A DNA stretch of 64,000 bases. It comes from an uncultured Cryomorphaceae bacterium (GTDB lineage Bacteria; Bacteroidota; Bacteroidia; Flavobacteriales; UBA7430). The notes beneath the pieces are model-generated. The model had not been told where the DNA came from. It was given only the letters and a program-made list of their open reading frames with translations, and did no database searches. Positions 49,516 to 59,593 of the stretch are shown here, piece after piece; within the stretch, counting starts at the first letter, position 1, and every line of letters begins with the position of its first letter. The stretch spans positions 14,692 through 78,691 of the forward strand of contig CAZEWZ010000003.1 of assembly GCA_964516765.1 (NCBI GenBank), read 5' to 3'. The translations under genes were made by a program, and so were the position numbers.

Positions 49516-50130
49516 ATGCACATTGCAGTTGCAGGAAATATAGGTGTGGGTAAAACTACTTTAACCGAATTATTGGCCAAAAACTTCTCATGGGAACCTC
49601 ATTTTGAGTCTGTAGATGATAATCCATATTTGGATGATTTTTATACTGATATGCAAAGATGGGCCTTTAATTTACAAGTTTACTTTTTAAACAGTCGTTT
49701 TGCTCAGCTTAAGCAAATTCAAGAAAGCGGGATTAATATTATTCAGGACAGAACCATTTATGAAGATGCGTATATTTTCGCTCCAAATCTTCACGCAATG
49801 GGGCTTATGACCGCGCGCGATTTTGATAATTATAAAACTCTTTTTGATCTGATGGCTTCTTTTGTAAATCCTCCAGATTTATTAATTTACTTAAGAGCCT
49901 CTGTTCCTACTCTTGTAAAGCAAATTCAATCTCGTGGTAGAGATTATGAATCCAGTATTCGAATTGACTATTTAACTCGTTTGAATGAGCGTTATGAAGC
50001 TTGGATTTCTCGCTATGACAAAGGAAATTTATTAATCATCGATACCGACGATTTAGACTTTAGCAAGAATCAAGAAGATCTAGGTTTTATTGTCGACAAG
50101 GTAAATGCTGAATTACACGGATTGTTCTAG
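49516..50130 (+). CDS. deoxynucleoside kinase
   Basis: I moved the start to the ATG at 49516, giving MHIAVAGNIGVGKTT (P-loop). DRTIYED and arginine-rich lid (IQSRGRDYE) motifs are present. The ORF-track extension overlaps the GH3 gene by 100 nt. Confidence 0.8.
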   Translation: MHIAVAGNIGVGKTTLTELLAKNFSWEPHFESVDDNPYLDDFYTDMQRWAFNLQVYFLNSRFAQLKQIQESGINIIQDRTIYEDAYIFAPNLHAMGLMTARDFDNYKTLFDLMASFVNPPDLLIYLRASVPTLVKQIQSRGRDYESSIRIDYLTRLNERYEAWISRYDKGNLLIIDTDDLDFSKNQEDLGFIVDKVNAELHGLF

Positions 50131-50158
50131 AATAGATTAATCTTATCGATTTTTTTTC

Positions 50159-51340
50159 ATGGACAAAAAGAATGCCTTTATTCATTTCCAGGGTCAAACG
50201 ACTCCGTTCCCTCTATCTATTCATGTTGACTCTGCTCACGGAATGTATATAATTGATAAAAATGGTAAAGCTTACCTTGATTTGGTGGCTGGAGTTTCTG
50301 CATGTATTCTGGGTCATTCTCATCCAGCTGTAGTCAATGCAATTAAAGAACAAGCTGATAAATATCTCCATGTTATGGTTTATGGAGAATTTATTCAAGA
50401 TCCCCAATTGAATTTAGCCAAAAAAATTGCCTCGCTTTTGCCTCCTTCTCTGAATTGCACCTATTTTGTTAATTCAGGATCTGAAGCGATTGAAGCTTCT
50501 ATGAAACTGGCAAAAAGAATAACTGGAAGATCAGAAATGATATCATGTAAAGATTCCTATCATGGAAGTACTCATGGAGCATTAAGTATTATGGGGTATG
50601 AAGGTTCGAAACATAAATTTAGACCATTGCTTCCCGATTGCAATCAGATTCAGTTCAATAATTTCGAAAGCCTTCATGAAATTAGTTTTAAAACTGCTGC
50701 GGTTATTGTTGAACCTATTCAAGGCGCTTCTGGCTTTATTTCTCCTGTAGACGGATTTCTAGATGCGCTGAGATTGCGCTGCAATAAAGTAGGTGCACTT
50801 TTAATCTTTGATGAGATTCAGACCGGTTTTGGACGAACAGGTCATTTGTTCGGTATTGATGCTTTTCAGGTGGTCCCAGATATTTTGTGTTTGGCAAAAG
50901 GCATGGGTGGTGGGATGTCTATTGGTTCATTTACTAGTTCTACAGAAAACATGCATTTTTTAAGAGAAAATCCAATTCTTGGACATATTACTACATTCGG
51001 AGGGCATCCAATATCTTGTGCAGCTTCCCTGGCCACTCTTAATGTACTTTGTGAAACGTCTATTTTAGAAGAAATATCATCGAAAGAGGCTCTTTTTAGG
51101 TCACTACTTGTTCACCCTAAGATCAAACATATTTCAGGAAAAGGACTAATGTTAGGAATCCATTTTTTTGATGCTAAGTCAGCTTTTAATCTGGTTAATA
51201 GAGGCTTAGATATGGGTATTATTACTTTCTTATTTTTACACACAAAAACCGCTATAAGGTTAAGCCCCCCCCTCATTATCTCTAAACAAGAAATTAGAAC
51301 AGCTACTCAGATTATTCTAGATATTTTAGACGAAAAATAA
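50159..51340 (+). CDS. class III pyridoxal-phosphate-dependent aminotransferase (acetylornithine/ornithine aminotransferase-like)
   Basis: 393 aa. NSGSEA, DEIQTGFGRTG and LAKGMGGG (PLP lysine) motifs. Confidence 0.8.
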   Translation: MDKKNAFIHFQGQTTPFPLSIHVDSAHGMYIIDKNGKAYLDLVAGVSACILGHSHPAVVNAIKEQADKYLHVMVYGEFIQDPQLNLAKKIASLLPPSLNCTYFVNSGSEAIEASMKLAKRITGRSEMISCKDSYHGSTHGALSIMGYEGSKHKFRPLLPDCNQIQFNNFESLHEISFKTAAVIVEPIQGASGFISPVDGFLDALRLRCNKVGALLIFDEIQTGFGRTGHLFGIDAFQVVPDILCLAKGMGGGMSIGSFTSSTENMHFLRENPILGHITTFGGHPISCAASLATLNVLCETSILEEISSKEALFRSLLVHPKIKHISGKGLMLGIHFFDAKSAFNLVNRGLDMGIITFLFLHTKTAIRLSPPLIISKQEIRTATQIILDILDEK

Positions 51341-51394
51341 TAGCTAAGTAAGAGTTAGACCGAATCTAAATTACTCACAAACAGTTGTTTTACT

Positions 51395-51402
51395 TATTTT
51401 TG
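51395..51402 (+). promoter_or_regulatory. candidate -7 box (TATTTTTG) for ferritin
   Basis: Perfect TAnnTTTG, 41 nt upstream of the ATG at 51444. Confidence 0.4.
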
Positions 51403-51443
51403 TCCCTTTAAATTGTTAATTTGCATTAAATAATTTAACAAAT

Positions 51444-51950
51444 ATGATTAATAAAATAATACAAGACTCTCTAAATAAACAAGTTTTGGCTGAAGGAGCG
51501 TCGTCTCACTTATATCTTGCGATGGCTTCTTGGGCAGATACTAAAGGATACCAAGGTGTTGCAAATTTTTTTTATAGTCAGTCTGATGAGGAACGACTCC
51601 ATATGATGAAATTGGTGAAATATATTAATGAACGAGGTGGTCATGCTCATATACCCGCTATTAAAGAGCCATTAAAGATTTTTGATTGTTTAACGCATGT
51701 TTTTCAAGATTTTCTGAATCATGAGGTAAAAGTCTCTGGCTTGATCAATGATTTGGTTCATACTTGTTTGGAGAATAAAGATTATACAACGCATAATTTT
51801 ATGCAATGGTATGTTGCTGAACAAATTGAGGAAGAGGCAATGGCAAGAACTATTTTAGATAAGCTAAAGCTTATTGGAGATGATAAAGGAGGACTGTATT
51901 TGTTCGACAGAGACATAAATCAATTAAACCCTACTGTTTCTGTTGAGTAG
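51444..51950 (+). CDS. ftnA: non-haem ferritin
   Basis: 168 aa four-helix-bundle pattern with ferroxidase ligands (SDEERLHMMKLVKYINERGG; FMQWYVAEQIEEE). Confidence 0.85.
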   Translation: MINKIIQDSLNKQVLAEGASSHLYLAMASWADTKGYQGVANFFYSQSDEERLHMMKLVKYINERGGHAHIPAIKEPLKIFDCLTHVFQDFLNHEVKVSGLINDLVHTCLENKDYTTHNFMQWYVAEQIEEEAMARTILDKLKLIGDDKGGLYLFDRDINQLNPTVSVE

Positions 51951-52000
51951 ACTCAGCATAACAGTTGTTGGGTTGTTAAAGATTATGCAGTCTTACTCTT

Positions 52001-53410
52001 TCATTGTTTGTTTAGATTTAATTTTTTGAATTCATTCTCAAGAATTTCATTTAGAGCGATAGAATCAATTTGCTTAGCTATAATCTTTTTGTTTGCGTCA
52101 AGCACAAAAAGTCTCGGTGTTCCCATGATATTATATTTTCCTCTAAAATTGGATTTATTTTCAATATCGATGACATTTGTCCATGATTCCACTCCTTGGT
52201 TAACAATAAATTCCTGCCACATTTCTTCATCAAATTCTGTACATACTGCATAAACTTTCACTCCTTTATCAGCATAATTTGCGACAATTTCTTTCACTTT
52301 TGGAGTTTCTGTTTTGCAATGCCCACAGTCAGGGTCATAAAAGAATAAGGCTGTAAATTCTGCATCTATATCGTGAAGGCTCTGATTTACCCCTTTTTCG
52401 TCAGGAATATCTAGAAAGGGAGCAACCGTACCAATGAGATTTGGACTTATGCGCATTGCCTTATCAATAATATTAGTAAGTTTTACTTCGTCTATCCATG
52501 GAGTTTGTTGTGTAATAAAGTAAGTAAATACCAGATGAACAAAAACAGCATCTTGTCCCATAATTTTAGAAGATTCGTAATGATGTGTCGCCCAATTAAT
52601 CACATATTTAAATAATTCGCTGCTCGGACGAACTTTTTCAATGAGTATATCTAAGGTTTTTTTTATGGAATCAGGGGCCTGAAGTGTATATTCGTTGAGG
52701 TATTTTTCCATCTTTTCATGAAAAATAGGGGTTCTAATCATACGATCATCTGTTAAATCAAAGTGATCCCAATAGTGGTTTTTAAAATAATTAAAGGGGA
52801 ACCTTTCATCCACTAATCCATTTCTCCCAACTGGAGATTCTGGAATTACAATTGGATCCATTGCTTTTAGTAATTTCGCAAAAAAAGTACCCGAATTTTT
52901 TTCAATAAAATCTGATTTAAATTCCTTTACTTGCTCATTTATATCAGCTAATTTTTTCAGCGTATTTTTTTGTTTTACTGAATCCTCTGCAAATATTTTC
53001 AGATCTTCTTTTATTTCACTAGCCTCGAGTCCCTTTTTTAGTGTGTATTTTTGATATTCGTAAAAACTTTCATTTTCGTTAGATTTCTTAATTTTCATAT
53101 CAGCAATCAAATTTGTAATATTTGATTCAATATGAAAACTCATAGTCTTATCAATTATTAATTGAAAATATTGTTGATCTGGAAGCAAGATAAAATACAT
53201 TCCTTCATCAAATTTATCTTCAGATTTGAATTCAAAAGATTCATTTTTAGATTCTACTGTATCCTTTACATATTGTTTGTTGCCATAATAGTAGCCCAAC
53301 AATACTTCTCCGTTAGAAATACCCTTAACTTTTCCTGATATGATATGTTCTTGAGCTCCTAAAAGAGTAAATATAAAACAACTAAATATTGTAAGTAAAA
53401 GATTTTTCAT
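52001..53410 (-). CDS. secreted thioredoxin-fold protein (TlpA/redoxin-like, with an N-terminal DUF5106-like region)
   Basis: 469 aa with a signal peptide. The C-terminal thioredoxin fold carries a CGHC active site (FFYDPDCGHCK). Confidence 0.65.
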   Translation of the reverse strand: MKNLLLTIFSCFIFTLLGAQEHIISGKVKGISNGEVLLGYYYGNKQYVKDTVESKNESFEFKSEDKFDEGMYFILLPDQQYFQLIIDKTMSFHIESNITNLIADMKIKKSNENESFYEYQKYTLKKGLEASEIKEDLKIFAEDSVKQKNTLKKLADINEQVKEFKSDFIEKNSGTFFAKLLKAMDPIVIPESPVGRNGLVDERFPFNYFKNHYWDHFDLTDDRMIRTPIFHEKMEKYLNEYTLQAPDSIKKTLDILIEKVRPSSELFKYVINWATHHYESSKIMGQDAVFVHLVFTYFITQQTPWIDEVKLTNIIDKAMRISPNLIGTVAPFLDIPDEKGVNQSLHDIDAEFTALFFYDPDCGHCKTETPKVKEIVANYADKGVKVYAVCTEFDEEMWQEFIVNQGVESWTNVIDIENKSNFRGKYNIMGTPRLFVLDANKKIIAKQIDSIALNEILENEFKKLNLNKQ

Positions 53411-53433
53411 CTTGGTGATTTTTTAATTTTTTA

Positions 53434-53441
53434 CAAAGATA
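53434..53441 (-). promoter_or_regulatory. candidate -7 box (TATCTTTG) for the thioredoxin-fold protein gene
   Basis: Perfect TAnnTTTG on the minus strand, 23 nt upstream of the ATG at 53410. Confidence 0.45.
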
Positions 53442-53491
53442 ATTTTTTAATGAAAATAAATTCAAAAAAGAGCCTATCCTCTCAAATTAAA

Positions 53492-53499
53492 TATATTTG
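53492..53499 (+). promoter_or_regulatory. candidate -7 box (TATATTTG) for the S4-domain gene and prfC
   Basis: Perfect TAnnTTTG, 20 nt upstream of the ATG at 53520. Confidence 0.45.
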
Positions 53500-53519
53500 C
53501 AAAATCAATTTATAAATCT

Positions 53520-53732
53520 ATGAATAAACTAATTTTCACTTTAGAAGCCGAGTATATAGAGCTCAACAAATTGCTTAAGATATTAGGTCTTGTCGAAAGC
53601 GGTGGACAAGCCAATCAACTTATTAAGGGAGGGGAAGTTGTTTTTAATGGGGAGATTGATACTCGTAAGAGGTTAAAGTTGAGAAAAGGCGATAAAATTA
53701 TTTTTTCCGAAACCCAAATTAAAATTAACTAA
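53520..53732 (+). CDS. S4-domain RNA-binding protein (YbcJ-like)
   Basis: 70 aa. [46 protein letters not shown]. Its stop overlaps the prfC ATG (TAATG). Confidence 0.7.
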   Translation: MNKLIFTLEAEYIELNKLLKILGLVESGGQANQLIKGGEVVFNGEIDTRKRLKLRKGDKIIFSETQIKIN

Positions 53733-55318
53733 TGAAATTTGAAGATGAAATAAATCGTCGTCGCACCTTTGCTATCATCTCTCATCCGGATGCCGGCAAA
53801 ACTACTCTGACTGAAAAACTTCTACTTTTTGGTGGAGCCATAAATACTGCTGGTGCTGTAAAATCAAATAAGATTAAAAAAACAGCTACCTCAGATTTTA
53901 TGGAGATTGAGCGTCAAAGAGGGATTTCTGTAGCTACTTCTGTTATGGGATTTGAATATTTAGGTAAGAAGATTAATATTCTTGATACACCGGGTCACCA
54001 GGATTTTGCTGAGGACACTTTTAGAACTCTCACAGCAGCTGATTCGGTCATTGTAGTTATTGATGTTGCTAAAGGGGTGGAGCCTCAGACTGAAAAACTT
54101 GTGAAAGTTTGTCGGATGAGAAAAACCCCTATTATTGTATTTATTAATAAATTAGATCGTATAGGAAAAGATGCATTTGATTTATTAGACGAGATTGAAA
54201 GTAAGTTATTAATTAAAGTACGTCCACTGACTTGGCCTATTGGAATGGGCCCAGACTTAAAAGGAGTTTATAATCTTTATGAAAAGAATTTAGTACTGTA
54301 TTCGCCCAATTCTTCAGAGCGGGTTTCCGAGACAGTCTTTATTTTAGATATTAATTCAGATGAACTAGAGAAGCAAATTGGCCATGAGGATGCTGTATTG
54401 CTTCGTGAAGAAGTAGAATTGGTAGAATCTGTTTATCCAGAATTTGAAAATGAAGTCTATTTACATGGAAATGTATCTCCTGTTTTTTTTGGTTCTGCAA
54501 TCAATACTTTCGGAGTTCAAGAGTTGTTAAACTGTTTTTTAAAGATTGCCCCTTCTCCACTTCCAAAAGAATCAGAAGAGCGTCTCGTAGACCCATATGA
54601 AGACAAGTTCACAGGTTTTGTTTTTAAGATTCATGCCAATATGGATCCAAAACATCGAGATCGTTTGGCATTTGTTAAAATTGTGTCTGGCATGTTTCGT
54701 AGAAACACTAACTACAAACACATTCGTTTGGGACGAAATATCAAATTTTCTAGTCCAACTGCTTTTATGGCTGAGAAAAAATCAATTGTGGATGAAGCTT
54801 ATCCAGGAGATATAGTTGGACTTCACGATACTGGGAATTTTAAGATTGGAGATACCCTGACAGAAGGCGAGCAAATTCGATACAAAGGTATTCCAAGTTT
54901 TTCTCCAGAAATGTTTCGTTTTGTAAACAATGCAGATCCAATGAAATCAAAGCAACTTGCCAAAGGAGTAGACCAGTTGATGGATGAGGGAGTCGCCCAA
55001 CTTTTCACTATGAAGACTAACGGTCGAAAATTAATTGGAACTGTGGGAGCGCTTCAGTTTGAGGTGATCCAATACAGATTAAAGCATGAATATGGTGCCT
55101 CTTGTACATATGAGAACCATAATATTCACAAAGCATGTTGGCTATCTTGCAATAATTTGGGGCAGTTTGAAGAGTTTAAAAAAGTCAAGTATCGATCTAT
55201 GGCTTTAGATAAGTTTGGTCGAGATGTTTTTATGGCAGACTCCGCTTTTACGATTCAAATGGCTCAACAAAAATTCCCTGAAGTAAAATTTCATTTTACC
55301 TCTGAGTTCGACCTTTAG
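53732..55318 (+). CDS. prfC: peptide chain release factor 3
   Basis: 528 aa translational GTPase. Motifs [26 protein letters not shown] and NKLD. Confidence 0.95.
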   Translation: MKFEDEINRRRTFAIISHPDAGKTTLTEKLLLFGGAINTAGAVKSNKIKKTATSDFMEIERQRGISVATSVMGFEYLGKKINILDTPGHQDFAEDTFRTLTAADSVIVVIDVAKGVEPQTEKLVKVCRMRKTPIIVFINKLDRIGKDAFDLLDEIESKLLIKVRPLTWPIGMGPDLKGVYNLYEKNLVLYSPNSSERVSETVFILDINSDELEKQIGHEDAVLLREEVELVESVYPEFENEVYLHGNVSPVFFGSAINTFGVQELLNCFLKIAPSPLPKESEERLVDPYEDKFTGFVFKIHANMDPKHRDRLAFVKIVSGMFRRNTNYKHIRLGRNIKFSSPTAFMAEKKSIVDEAYPGDIVGLHDTGNFKIGDTLTEGEQIRYKGIPSFSPEMFRFVNNADPMKSKQLAKGVDQLMDEGVAQLFTMKTNGRKLIGTVGALQFEVIQYRLKHEYGASCTYENHNIHKACWLSCNNLGQFEEFKKVKYRSMALDKFGRDVFMADSAFTIQMAQQKFPEVKFHFTSEFDL

Positions 55319-55319
55319 C

Positions 55320-58097
55320 TTAATTTTTTATCCACTTTTTTGATTCACCTTCTACTTCAATTATATAGATTCCATTTGGTAATGCTGAAACATCTAATTT
55401 AGTTTCTGGCTGAGTTAGTAATTTTTGTTCTATTAAATTTCCCTGAATAGAAAATAGCTTATACGATTTTATTAAATTACTCCTAATTGTGATTTCCTTT
55501 TGGGCCGGATTTGGGTATATATCAAATAAACTTCCCTGACTAAACTCTAGCGTTTCTAGTACATGGTCTGCCGATTGAATTTTTGAGGAGTAAATTCCAT
55601 TTCCATGTGTGGCCACAACAATGAGACTGTCTGCCGCCCTAGTTTTTACTTGTTCACAAACTACATTTCCAATACTATTTTTGCCCATTTTAGCCCACAT
55701 CGTTTGTTCTCCCTGAATCTGATCAGTAGCAAATATACCTGTACTTGTTGCTACAAAATATAAGGTATCATCTCCAAAGGGCATAATCGAAGCCCATCGA
55801 CATGAAGGACCACTTCCTTGACCATTTGCTTGCTCTTCTAAGTTTCCACCCGCACGTTGCCAGGTTTCTCCAGCATTTATTGTGAAGTATAAGCTATACA
55901 CCTCATAATTTGAAAATACAGCTAATGCTATATCTCCATTTTCGGGGTGCACTGCAATGTGGTTAACATGTGCGGATGCATGGAAGAAATCTCCAGAGGA
56001 CATGCCCATTCCTGGTTGGTACAAACTGGTAATATCAGTGACCTGAGGATTTTCGCTATTTGCACCATCAATTCGATACAATTGTTGTTTATTGGTTCCG
56101 ACATAAAGTCTATTTTCTGGGTTTGTTTTAGTAATACTGATAGAACTAATTTCTCTATTCGATAATTCCAGGTCGATCGCTTGAGACCAACCTGTCGAAA
56201 TAGAATCCCATTCGTCAGTTAGTTCTATTGCATTTAAATTGGATTGTCTCCAGATAATTGATTCGTTAGGGTAGTACATGATATTTTCAGTGAGAGGATC
56301 TACTACAAAGGGATGAATGAAAAGAGATTCATCAGCACCTATTGGGTCTATTCTTCTGTGATTTAGTCTATTTCCATTCTCATCTATTGTGAGCTTGTAT
56401 ACCTTTCCTCGCTGAATAGACATATAATAGATCTCTTCGTCTTCGGTAATATGTGCAAAAGATCCATCGCCATTAATAGGCATGACCCAAGGGCTGTTTG
56501 GGTCTGAAGAGTTAGTATAGAAATTTCCATTGTCTTGAAAACCACCTAGCAGGCTATTAGTAACTTTTTTTTCATTAAAGCTCACATTGTACAATTGAGT
56601 TGTATAATATCCGTTATTAATAGAGTTCCAAGAGACATCTTCCTCTAGGTAGTTTTCGGTGATGAATATCCCACCGTCGTTGGCATTAATTAATCCCAAG
56701 GGAGTAGAACTTATAAAAGCAATTTCATGTTGATCAGGATGGTGATTTTCGTAAATTTGAAAGTCTGGGAACTCAGTACCTTTTTCATAACCGCCAATTT
56801 GATTTGTATTTACTGTACTTGTAAATCCATCGGTAGAAATATATAAATTTGTCCCTCCAATGAATATGTGCTCTTCATTTGTAGGACTCACAGCTATGGT
56901 AAGATTGTAGGATCCTTGGGCAAAAAAATTATCAAATTTCGTTTCCATATTAGCGGGGATAAATTCAGATCTATTCTCCCATTCTCCCATTTGATTGGTA
57001 ATGTTATCTTCGGAAAAAGTGTATTTCCAAAGACTGCAATGTTCAATTTCATCATTAAATGTTATAGAAGCCATTCCTTCGTCAGGAGTGACCGCAATAA
57101 AGTATAATTCATTTTCATTTTGAGGGTTTATTGCCATTCTAATTCGATCGAATATAGAAGGCCAATTATCAGGGGTGATATTATTCCAGTTTTGGCCATC
57201 TACACTTCTCCATATACCCATGTCTGCACCGTCGCTACTGAGGGTAGCATAGATTATTCCATTTGGACTAATTTCTATTTCGGTAAAATACGCGGGGTTT
57301 GATGTAGAACCTAATTCTAAGGACCATGTATTACCTCCATCTTCACTTCGATGAATGGCACCATAACTAGCAGCATATACAATATTTAAACTTTCTTGTG
57401 TATGATCAATTTCTATGTCCCAGATTAAATCCCATATATTATCAAATTCTTCTGGACTATTGGATGCCGTGGTTGTTAATGAATTCCAGGTTAATCCATT
57501 ATCTGTTGATTTATATATTCCATTTCCAAAAAAATAAGCATCATTTCCAGAAGCTGAATTTCCATAAGCTTCTCCAGTTCCATAATACCACGTATCCTGA
57601 TGATTTTCCCGCTTATCTTGTTTTAAACTTGTCACATTATGCAGCATTTCTGGGTCGGTTAGCTTTTCCCAGGATTCCCCAAAATTTTCTGAACGCCAAA
57701 GTCCCCCGGATACTCCTCCGGCAATAATCGTGTTTTCGTCTCTAATATCTACCGCCATTGCCCTAGTTCGTCCACCTACATTGAAAGGACCTCTTTCTAT
57801 CCAAGACTCAATGAGTAAATCATTGTTTGGTATACTTTGTGCAAAAGCAATTTCTCTTGAACGAATATTTCTAGGCATTTTTTTGGTATCTGGATTTACC
57901 AATCTAGACGAATACCAATTTCGCATATTCTGAGGATTTTCAGAGCCTATTCCCATTCCAGCAATTTTGAATTTCTTTTTTTTCGATTTTTTAGACTTAG
58001 CCAACTCTATTCTATCAAAACTTCTCACATCTAGTATTCTATTTTTAGCTAATATAGCCAGACTAAAAACCAAGATTAAAGTGATTATCTTTTTCAT
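55320..58097 (-). CDS. secreted BNR/Asp-box (sortilin/VPS10-like) beta-propeller protein with a T9SS C-terminal sorting domain
   Basis: 925 aa with a signal peptide. Repeated Asp-box motifs (SENFGESW, STDNGLTW, SEDGGNTW, SVDGQNW, NAGETW). The C-terminal DIYPNPAQKEITI...LPNGIYIIEV is typical of a type A T9SS CTD. Confidence 0.7.
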   Translation of the reverse strand: MKKIITLILVFSLAILAKNRILDVRSFDRIELAKSKKSKKKKFKIAGMGIGSENPQNMRNWYSSRLVNPDTKKMPRNIRSREIAFAQSIPNNDLLIESWIERGPFNVGGRTRAMAVDIRDENTIIAGGVSGGLWRSENFGESWEKLTDPEMLHNVTSLKQDKRENHQDTWYYGTGEAYGNSASGNDAYFFGNGIYKSTDNGLTWNSLTTTASNSPEEFDNIWDLIWDIEIDHTQESLNIVYAASYGAIHRSEDGGNTWSLELGSTSNPAYFTEIEISPNGIIYATLSSDGADMGIWRSVDGQNWNNITPDNWPSIFDRIRMAINPQNENELYFIAVTPDEGMASITFNDEIEHCSLWKYTFSEDNITNQMGEWENRSEFIPANMETKFDNFFAQGSYNLTIAVSPTNEEHIFIGGTNLYISTDGFTSTVNTNQIGGYEKGTEFPDFQIYENHHPDQHEIAFISSTPLGLINANDGGIFITENYLEEDVSWNSINNGYYTTQLYNVSFNEKKVTNSLLGGFQDNGNFYTNSSDPNSPWVMPINGDGSFAHITEDEEIYYMSIQRGKVYKLTIDENGNRLNHRRIDPIGADESLFIHPFVVDPLTENIMYYPNESIIWRQSNLNAIELTDEWDSISTGWSQAIDLELSNREISSISITKTNPENRLYVGTNKQQLYRIDGANSENPQVTDITSLYQPGMGMSSGDFFHASAHVNHIAVHPENGDIALAVFSNYEVYSLYFTINAGETWQRAGGNLEEQANGQGSGPSCRWASIMPFGDDTLYFVATSTGIFATDQIQGEQTMWAKMGKNSIGNVVCEQVKTRAADSLIVVATHGNGIYSSKIQSADHVLETLEFSQGSLFDIYPNPAQKEITIRSNLIKSYKLFSIQGNLIEQKLLTQPETKLDVSALPNGIYIIEVEGESKKWIKN

Positions 58098-58131
58098 ATT
58101 AATTAGATTTAGACACTAAAAATAACAAAAC

Positions 58132-58164
58132 AAAAAAAGCCTCAATATAAATTGAGGCTTTTTT
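58132..58164 (-). terminator. intrinsic terminator downstream of the PhoD-like gene (symmetric, potentially bidirectional)
   Basis: A perfect 8-bp stem GCCTCAAT/ATTGAGGC with a 4-nt loop, flanked by A7 and T6 runs. Confidence 0.8.
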
Positions 58165-58174
58165 CTGATCTATT

Positions 58175-59494
58175 TTAATAGGATACTTCAGATTGGTGAA
58201 TTTTCTTTATGAATACTTCAGTGCCTAATTCATCGAAGACTTGAAGAGTACATATTCTTTTTCTATTTTCTCCTTCCACCTTGACTCGAGCAAAATTACC
58301 CTCTAAGTTTCCTTTGGGACTTAGTCCAGGAAATTTTAACTCATACATTGGGTATGCATAATCTCTTTCTTCTTTAATAAGAGCGGTTTCTTTTGTGTCT
58401 GAGGTAATGAAAATAATGCCATTTATTCTGGACAAGTGAAGCCTTCTCATCAATTCTTCATATTCTTGAGTATAATTCTTAAAAGGCTCTTGGTCTTCTC
58501 CGGAAGAGAGAACACTATTTCCTAGTACAATAAATTTAAAGGCCGCGTTAGAACCCATAATTTCATTAATAAATCGATTCATTTGATTGTCTCCAAAAAA
58601 ATGCGGTTCATCTATCTTTAATTCTGTTTTAAACATTCGGTTATCTAACATAAATATCTCGATATCCTGATAATCATACTTTTTATAGACTCCGTATTCT
58701 CGAAAAGAATAATTGTAGGTTTTTTTAGGGGCATTTGGCCAATATAAATTGAAGGCCATTAATGAAGAATCTTTAAGTGCAAATCTGGTGTCGGATGTAT
58801 TTAATCCAAAATCTTTCTCGTTCCAGGTTGCAATATGAGGCATACATTTCATGAACCGATTTACTTTTTCTCGTTTTCGAACCGATTCATATTTTTTAAG
58901 CATCTCTTTGAAAGAATTCACTTCTTTTTCATTAAAATAAACATTGTTTCCCATCCATACCATTAGGTCAGACTCCATTTCACACATTGCATCTAGTATT
59001 CCGTCGCCTTTGTCTGTGCTATCAGATATATTTAGGTCATGCCCCAATAGAAAGTAGGTATCCGCTAAATAATTTCTTGGTGTATATATATCCATTTCTT
59101 CTTCAACAAGATTTGAATCTAAATATATTTCTACATGGTATTCTGTATCTGGGACAAGTTCTTCTATAGTAAGTACCAATGGAATTTCAACTCCATTGTT
59201 GAAAGCTGAGACATAAAAGTCATACCAACTTGAATTGTTATAACTCTTTGGATCTGTGATGTCATACACCAAGGTTTTATTACGATCTTCATCAAAATTC
59301 TCTAATTTTATCGTCACTTGTTTTACTTGGTCAGAGACAAGTAACCACATTTGAGCATGATAATTATCAATATAAGAAATCATGGGCCCAGCAATCAGAG
59401 CGGAATTCTCCGAACTATTTTTTGTCTTTTGAGCTTCTGACGAATTGATGTTGAAAAATATAGCAAAGGCTAAAAAAAGTAAATATTTATTCAT
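58175..59494 (-). CDS. secreted protein with a PhoD-like metallophosphatase layout (assignment tentative)
   Basis: 439 aa with signal peptide ...NSSEAQ. The segments VWMGNNVY, ATWNEKDFG, FMLDNRMF and FKFIVLGNSVL align by eye to PhoD-family blocks (GDxxY, WDDHE, LDxRxxR). The usual metal-ligand residues are not conserved. Confidence 0.35.
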   Translation of the reverse strand: MNKYLLFLAFAIFFNINSSEAQKTKNSSENSALIAGPMISYIDNYHAQMWLLVSDQVKQVTIKLENFDEDRNKTLVYDITDPKSYNNSSWYDFYVSAFNNGVEIPLVLTIEELVPDTEYHVEIYLDSNLVEEEMDIYTPRNYLADTYFLLGHDLNISDSTDKGDGILDAMCEMESDLMVWMGNNVYFNEKEVNSFKEMLKKYESVRKREKVNRFMKCMPHIATWNEKDFGLNTSDTRFALKDSSLMAFNLYWPNAPKKTYNYSFREYGVYKKYDYQDIEIFMLDNRMFKTELKIDEPHFFGDNQMNRFINEIMGSNAAFKFIVLGNSVLSSGEDQEPFKNYTQEYEELMRRLHLSRINGIIFITSDTKETALIKEERDYAYPMYELKFPGLSPKGNLEGNFARVKVEGENRKRICTLQVFDELGTEVFIKKIHQSEVSY

Positions 59495-59547
59495 CGTGCT
59501 TATTTTTGACTTTTTAAGTGGTAAATATATGCAAATTCATTGTAATG

Positions 59548-59569
59548 AAAAACCCCGCCGATGGCAGGG
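59548..59569 (-). terminator. intrinsic terminator downstream of the tandem PPIase genes
   Basis: Minus strand: CCCUGCC-auc-GGCGGGG (7 bp, one U-G wobble that is valid only on this strand) followed by U5. Confidence 0.75.
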
Positions 59570-59593
59570 TTGTTCGATACATATATAAGATGT

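Noticed and set aside
51951-52000. A possible hairpin (GCATAA...TTATGC with inner TAACA/TGTTA) between the convergent ferritin and thioredoxin-fold genes.
   Set aside because: The stem is AT-rich and interrupted, the loop is long and asymmetric, and no U-tract follows on either strand. This is not convincing as a terminator.
53732-55318. I checked the release-factor gene for a programmed +1 frameshift site.
   Set aside because: The gene is prfC (a GTPase), not prfB, and it is a single uninterrupted ORF. No frameshift is expected or seen.
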